A stretch of DNA of 64,000 bases from assembly GCA_964387845.1 (NCBI GenBank), contig CAYLXA010000002.1, positions 160,001-224,000 on the forward strand, read 5' to 3'. Positions within the stretch are counted from its first letter, which is position 1; every line of letters begins with the position of its first letter. The notes below the pieces were generated by a model. It did no database searches. It was not told where the DNA came from and saw only the letters and a list, made by a program, of their open reading frames with translations. A program made the position numbers and the translations under genes. Below are positions 60,445 to 64,000 of this stretch, piece after piece. This stretch comes from an uncultured bacterium. Its GTDB lineage: Bacteria > Omnitrophota > Omnitrophia > Omnitrophales > Abzuiibacteriaceae.

Positions 60445-60906
60445 TTATGCTTTTTGAATTTTGAATAAGGGCTGGTCGAACTCGACGGGTTGGCCGTTTT
60501 GGACCAAAATATCAATTACACGCCCGCTAAGCTCCGCCTTGATTTCATTCATCAGCTTCATTGCTTCGATAATGCAGAGAGTGTCACCCGAGGCGATGTT
60601 TTTACCTTTTGTCACATAAGCCTCTTGGTCAGGCGCCGGCGCTGAGTAAAATGTTCCAACCATGGGTGAGCGGACAATCACAACCCCAACCTCTTCCTTG
60701 GCCGCACCCGCATTCACGGATTTCGGCTCTGCTTTCTCTGCTGACTTGATTACCTGAACTTCTCCGGCCTCCTCGCGCTGGATGACAACGCTGCCGCCGG
60801 ATCCCTTTTTGAGCCGAATCTTAAATCCGTTTTTCTCGATCTCAAGCTCCGTAAGCCCGTATTCCGCCATCAAATTCAGCATTTCCTTAAGTTCCTTAGG
60901 ATTCAT
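60445..60906 (-). CDS. accB: Acetyl-CoA carboxylase biotin carboxyl carrier protein
   Basis: Biotinyl-lysine motif [10 protein letters not shown], Ala/Pro-rich linker. Confidence 0.9.
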   Translation of the reverse strand: MNPKELKEMLNLMAEYGLTELEIEKNGFKIRLKKGSGGSVVIQREEAGEVQVIKSAEKAEPKSVNAGAAKEEVGVVIVRSPMVGTFYSAPAPDQEAYVTKGKNIASGDTLCIIEAMKLMNEIKAELSGRVIDILVQNGQPVEFDQPLFKIQKA

Positions 60907-60978
60907 TCGCGTATCTCCGTTATCAGCCCCATGTTGAATAATTAAATCATCATCTTTTTGAGATAATCGGTTGATTAA

Positions 60979-61146
60979 TTAGGAAGGTCTTTCGGCCTCA
61001 TCGATCAGCATAATAGGAATTCCGTCTTTAATCGGAAATTTCAAGCCGCATTTTGCATTCTGGCAGACGATTTTTTGCCCTTCCAGTCGGATGGCCTGCT
61101 TACAGGCCGGGCAAGCTAAAATATCGAGCAATGATTGATCGATCAT
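60979..61146 (-). CDS. Trm112-like / UPF0434 (YcaR) small zinc-finger protein; not in the supplied ORF track (55 aa)
   Basis: Hand translation: MIDQSLLDILACPACKQAIRLEGQKIVCQNAKCGLKFPIKDGIPIMLIDEAERPS; matches the LLxILxCPxCKGxL...C..C...YPI.DGIPV/ML..EA pattern of the family; ATG overlaps the stop of the upstream membrane gene (ATGA). Confidence 0.7.
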   Translation of the reverse strand: MIDQSLLDILACPACKQAIRLEGQKIVCQNAKCGLKFPIKDGIPIMLIDEAERPS

Positions 61147-62123
61147 GATTGATGAGTTGTTGTGTGACGGATTTTACCGCCAAATACGGCATATAGAATA
61201 CCACAAAGAAGGCCCAATCCATAGAGCAAAATATCATTGGCCAGGGCGAAGGCTGCGGCATGCGCTTTGCTCGTGTATTGGCTAAGAAAATAGATAAGCG
61301 ACGCCTCGCGGACACCCAAACCGCCAAGCGAAGGTGCCATGGATGCAATTCCGCTTACGGGAATAACTAGAAATAAAACCAGAAATGATATGTCCGCCGA
61401 GAGACTCTTAAAAATCATATAGCCGATATAAATGGAAATAATCTGGACTGCGATTGAAATCAAAAAACCTGAGAAAAGTGCGGCGTGTGAATGACGGTAT
61501 CGCGCAATAGCTTGATAAAGTTCTGATATCTTCTGCTTCCCCATTTCACTGGGAATAAACCGGGTAACAAATTTGAACTTGCGCGCCAGCGGCTCATTCA
61601 ATAGAAGTGCGATCACGATCACAAACATAATCGCAATGCAAAAAACGATAATCGGAAGCTGCCAATTGTGAAACTGGACAATAAAAAACGGCAGAGAAAC
61701 AAGCGCAACGAACACGAGCGTGGTTAACCCCACCAGGCGATCGACAAAAATTGCGGAAACGGCCCGAATGGTTGACCCGGAGTCTCTTCCGAGGTAATAG
61801 GCTTTCACGAGGTCGCCTCCGAGCGAGGAAGGTAGAAATAAATTAAAGAAAAGCCCCACAAAACTCATGTAAAACACTCGTCCGGCCGGGACAACAATTT
61901 TTTCGGCACGCATAATGATGAAAAGCCTTAAAGCAATCAACGCGTTCAGGCCGACAAAAAGCAGGAAGACAAACGCAAAGAGCGCCAAATCGATTTGGCG
62001 AACGGCCGCAAGCGCGTGCATCCACCGGTCACGCAAAAAATAGATCACGCCGGCCACAAACGCCAGGCTGACCCCTACCCGGAGGAACTCTTTTAATATT
62101 TTTTGACGACTGATTCTGATCAC
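61143..62123 (-). CDS. UPF0104 / lysylphosphatidylglycerol-synthase-TM-region-like (flippase-like) membrane protein
   Basis: 326 aa, about 8 TM helices; conserved SLGGDLVKAYYL motif. Confidence 0.7.
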   Translation of the reverse strand: MIRISRQKILKEFLRVGVSLAFVAGVIYFLRDRWMHALAAVRQIDLALFAFVFLLFVGLNALIALRLFIIMRAEKIVVPAGRVFYMSFVGLFFNLFLPSSLGGDLVKAYYLGRDSGSTIRAVSAIFVDRLVGLTTLVFVALVSLPFFIVQFHNWQLPIIVFCIAIMFVIVIALLLNEPLARKFKFVTRFIPSEMGKQKISELYQAIARYRHSHAALFSGFLISIAVQIISIYIGYMIFKSLSADISFLVLFLVIPVSGIASMAPSLGGLGVREASLIYFLSQYTSKAHAAAFALANDILLYGLGLLCGILYAVFGGKIRHTTTHQS

Positions 62124-62138
62124 AGCCCGTTATCTTTA

Positions 62139-62194
62139 GTTAAAAAAAAGAGGTTCACGGCATCCGCGGAATCGGATATTACCGTGAACCTCTT
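62139..62194 (-). terminator. Rho-independent terminator after the first STAS-PilZ gene
   Basis: 13-bp perfect inverted repeat AAGAGGTTCACGG / CCGTGAACCTCTT (62148-62160 / 62182-62194) followed on the minus strand by T8 (62139-62146). Confidence 0.7.
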
Positions 62195-62265
62195 ACTGGG
62201 TGAGAGAGACGTCCGTCTCTTGAAACGTAAGTGAATTTATATCACAACCATATCAGACTGTCAAA

Positions 62266-63000
62266 TCAAACTTGTTTGGAATCGAGAAATTGAATACCCA
62301 GCCCCACCTGGCGCTTCGACAACTCGATTCGCTTAATACAACCTTGAATCTTGACCTCCTCCGGAAAGCTTTCATTGGCCGGAACCAAGATAGTTACCTT
62401 GTTGCTCTCCAGGTCTGACATCTGTGAAACCTGAAGCGAACTGTCCAAATCCAGATATTCAGCGAACAAGCCGCCTTGGCTGATGTTGGTCGCAATCGCT
62501 TTAGAGTGAACCTTCTTGCCATCCGCGGTTTCGAATTCGATTTCGATCGGAATCGCCACCCGAATACGTTTACTCCGCCTGCGCTCCAGGCCGTATTTGT
62601 CATGCAGCAAGCCGAGTTCCTTTGGAACACCGGTATCCTTGTCCTTTTCGAACAAGAACGAACCCACTGAATCGGCAATTTCAGCTTCCGAAATACAGAG
62701 TTTGATATTTTTCGGCAGGTAGGTCCCCTTGAAAAACTGGGTGAACCGGTCGTTGGTGCAGAACACCAAACTTTTCTGTGGCCGGATCAGGCTCGCAATA
62801 AGCCGCCTAACGATCAGCTCGTCAAGCTCCTGGACCTTCTGCAGGTTCAGGATCACCCGCTTCAGTTTCTTTTTTTGGATGACGTGATCAATTTTATCGA
62901 TCACCTCCACCGACTGCTCGCCGGTCAGAGTTCCGTACAAGTCGAAGACCTGAACTCTTCCGATCTGTCTTTGCTCAACTTTTGGCATTAATGTTTTCAT
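62266..63000 (-). CDS. STAS (anti-sigma-antagonist-like) + PilZ fusion protein, putative c-di-GMP receptor
   Basis: N-terminal SpoIIAA-like pattern (IGRVQVFDLYGTLTGEQSVEVIDKID...RVILNLQKVQELDELIVRRL); C-terminal PilZ motifs RRSKR (RxxxR) and NISQGG (D/NxSxxG). Confidence 0.7.
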   Translation of the reverse strand: MKTLMPKVEQRQIGRVQVFDLYGTLTGEQSVEVIDKIDHVIQKKKLKRVILNLQKVQELDELIVRRLIASLIRPQKSLVFCTNDRFTQFFKGTYLPKNIKLCISEAEIADSVGSFLFEKDKDTGVPKELGLLHDKYGLERRRSKRIRVAIPIEIEFETADGKKVHSKAIATNISQGGLFAEYLDLDSSLQVSQMSDLESNKVTILVPANESFPEEVKIQGCIKRIELSKRQVGLGIQFLDSKQV

Positions 63001-63026
63001 AACACACCTCTCTCTTTCATCTAGAA

Positions 63027-63194
63027 TTAAAACGCTCGATGCCGCCGTATGCGTTCCAACGCTTGAAACTTGGCATGCATCTTTTCTCCAATATACCCCG
63101 TCAAAATCTCATAACCATACACATGCAGCGGAACCGCAAAGCGCCCGCTTTTCTTATGTTTCACTTTTAGCAGCTTATTAAATAACCGTTTCAT
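63027..63194 (-). CDS. Possible small basic ORF (55 aa) between the two STAS-PilZ genes
   Basis: MKRLFNKLLKVKHKKSGRFAVPLHVYGYEILTGYIGEKMHAKFQALERIRRHRAF; AAAGGGG RBS 6 nt upstream; no homolog recognised. Confidence 0.3.
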   Translation of the reverse strand: MKRLFNKLLKVKHKKSGRFAVPLHVYGYEILTGYIGEKMHAKFQALERIRRHRAF

Positions 63195-63210
63195 TGAGAG
63201 CCCCTTTACT

Positions 63211-63969
63211 TTACTTATCCAGATCCGTCAAAAGCTGTCTGATTTTCTTTTTCGCTTCCGCCGCAATTCCGTAAAATTCGATTCCAATTCCGACTTGATC
63301 GCCGTCTGCCTTGACGTGAATTACCTTGCCCTCGGCTTCAATCGGCATGTCGTCCGGCCCCGCGATTTCCAGTTTCAACAAACTCAATTCATAAGGATTG
63401 ATAATCGCTTTTGACTTCTCCGCGTCTTCCAAGTCGATGTACTCCGCAAACAGACCGCCTTCGCTCATATTTGTCACAATCGCCCGAAACTGAATCATCT
63501 TCCCCTTTTTATCCTTGCAGTAAAAAAACATCGGTAACGCGGTTTTGATTCTGCGAAAAAGCCTTTTGTCCGTCTTGGCATCCGTTTGCGCCATTTCCCT
63601 TCCAAATAGTTTCACAAGCTCCTCTTCTCCGTTAATCACATTCATACTTCGCTTTACCGGATACGCTTTAATCATGCTCATGACCTGTTCACTGCCGCGG
63701 ATCATTCCGCTTCGTTCCCTTTTGATCAAATTCTCCACCACTGCTTTCGCGCCAAGCGAATCCATCGTTTCGAGCGGCCTTAAATTAAGAACCAGCGCGG
63801 ATGCCAGATCGTTTTCGGCCATTGAATCTATTTCTTGCTGAACGCGAACTGCCCAAGGCCCCACCAAATCACCTTTAAGGTCCACCAAGTCCAACTTGCC
63901 GATTCTCCTTTTTACCACTTGTGGAAATTTAGCTGGCTTCATGCGCTCATACTCCTCGTTGGGTGTCAA
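63211..63969 (-). CDS. STAS + PilZ fusion protein (paralog of 62266-63000)
   Basis: Same architecture; PilZ motifs RLFRR and NMSEGG, shared GGLFAEY(I/L)DL block. Confidence 0.7.
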   Translation of the reverse strand: MTPNEEYERMKPAKFPQVVKRRIGKLDLVDLKGDLVGPWAVRVQQEIDSMAENDLASALVLNLRPLETMDSLGAKAVVENLIKRERSGMIRGSEQVMSMIKAYPVKRSMNVINGEEELVKLFGREMAQTDAKTDKRLFRRIKTALPMFFYCKDKKGKMIQFRAIVTNMSEGGLFAEYIDLEDAEKSKAIINPYELSLLKLEIAGPDDMPIEAEGKVIHVKADGDQVGIGIEFYGIAAEAKKKIRQLLTDLDK

Positions 63970-64000
63970 TAGTACAACAAGCGTGCCAACTTTATTTGAT

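Noticed and set aside
1-64000. CRISPR arrays, rRNA genes, IS elements/transposases, integrases, prophage or toxin-antitoxin modules
   Set aside because: No direct-repeat/spacer arrays, no rRNA-like conserved stretches, no transposase/integrase-like ORFs seen; the window appears to be core chromosome

Overview
This is a 64 kb bacterial chromosomal window, gene-dense (about 65 CDS), with roughly 47% GC, likely from a Gram-negative lineage. It encodes a Bat aerotolerance operon, a type IVa pilus system and two sigma54 enhancer-binding proteins. The + strand half (1-26.9 kb) carries der(3' end)-plsY; a PC4-like ssDNA-binding gene with a perfect sigma70 promoter; recA-terminator-recX; and a very long, tightly packed colinear block alaS-hisDBHA-(small membrane ORF)-hisFI-trpEGDCF-NtrB/NtrC-like two-component system. 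dnaK, a MoxR/DUF58/VWA/TPR (Bat) aerotolerance operon and a Q/N-rich low-complexity tail follow. The - strand half (27-64 kb) carries a HEAT-repeat protein, cca, acyP, an MFS transporter, three small unknown proteins (one a histone-like Lys-rich tail fused to an EF-Tu-domain-2-like barrel) and rng. Next comes a complete type IVa pilus locus (pilMNOPQ; a GT-C/TPR glycosyltransferase; pilA with terminator; pilR-pilS; pilC; two tandem PilB-like ATPases), capped by a stand-alone MshEN-type c-di-GMP receptor domain protein. After that come rimO-pgsA-pgpA-cinA-thpR, tRNA-Gly(CCC), a heptose/thiamine/PFK/accBC cluster, an unannotated Trm112-like small ORF, and two tandem STAS-PilZ fusion proteins. 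No CRISPR arrays, rRNA genes or mobile elements were seen. The most novel-looking candidates are the c-di-GMP receptor modules with unusual domain architectures flanking the pilus locus: the stand-alone MshEN protein, and the two STAS-PilZ paralogs that would couple c-di-GMP to a partner-switching-like module. All calls rest on reading the translations and motifs by eye; no database search was run.
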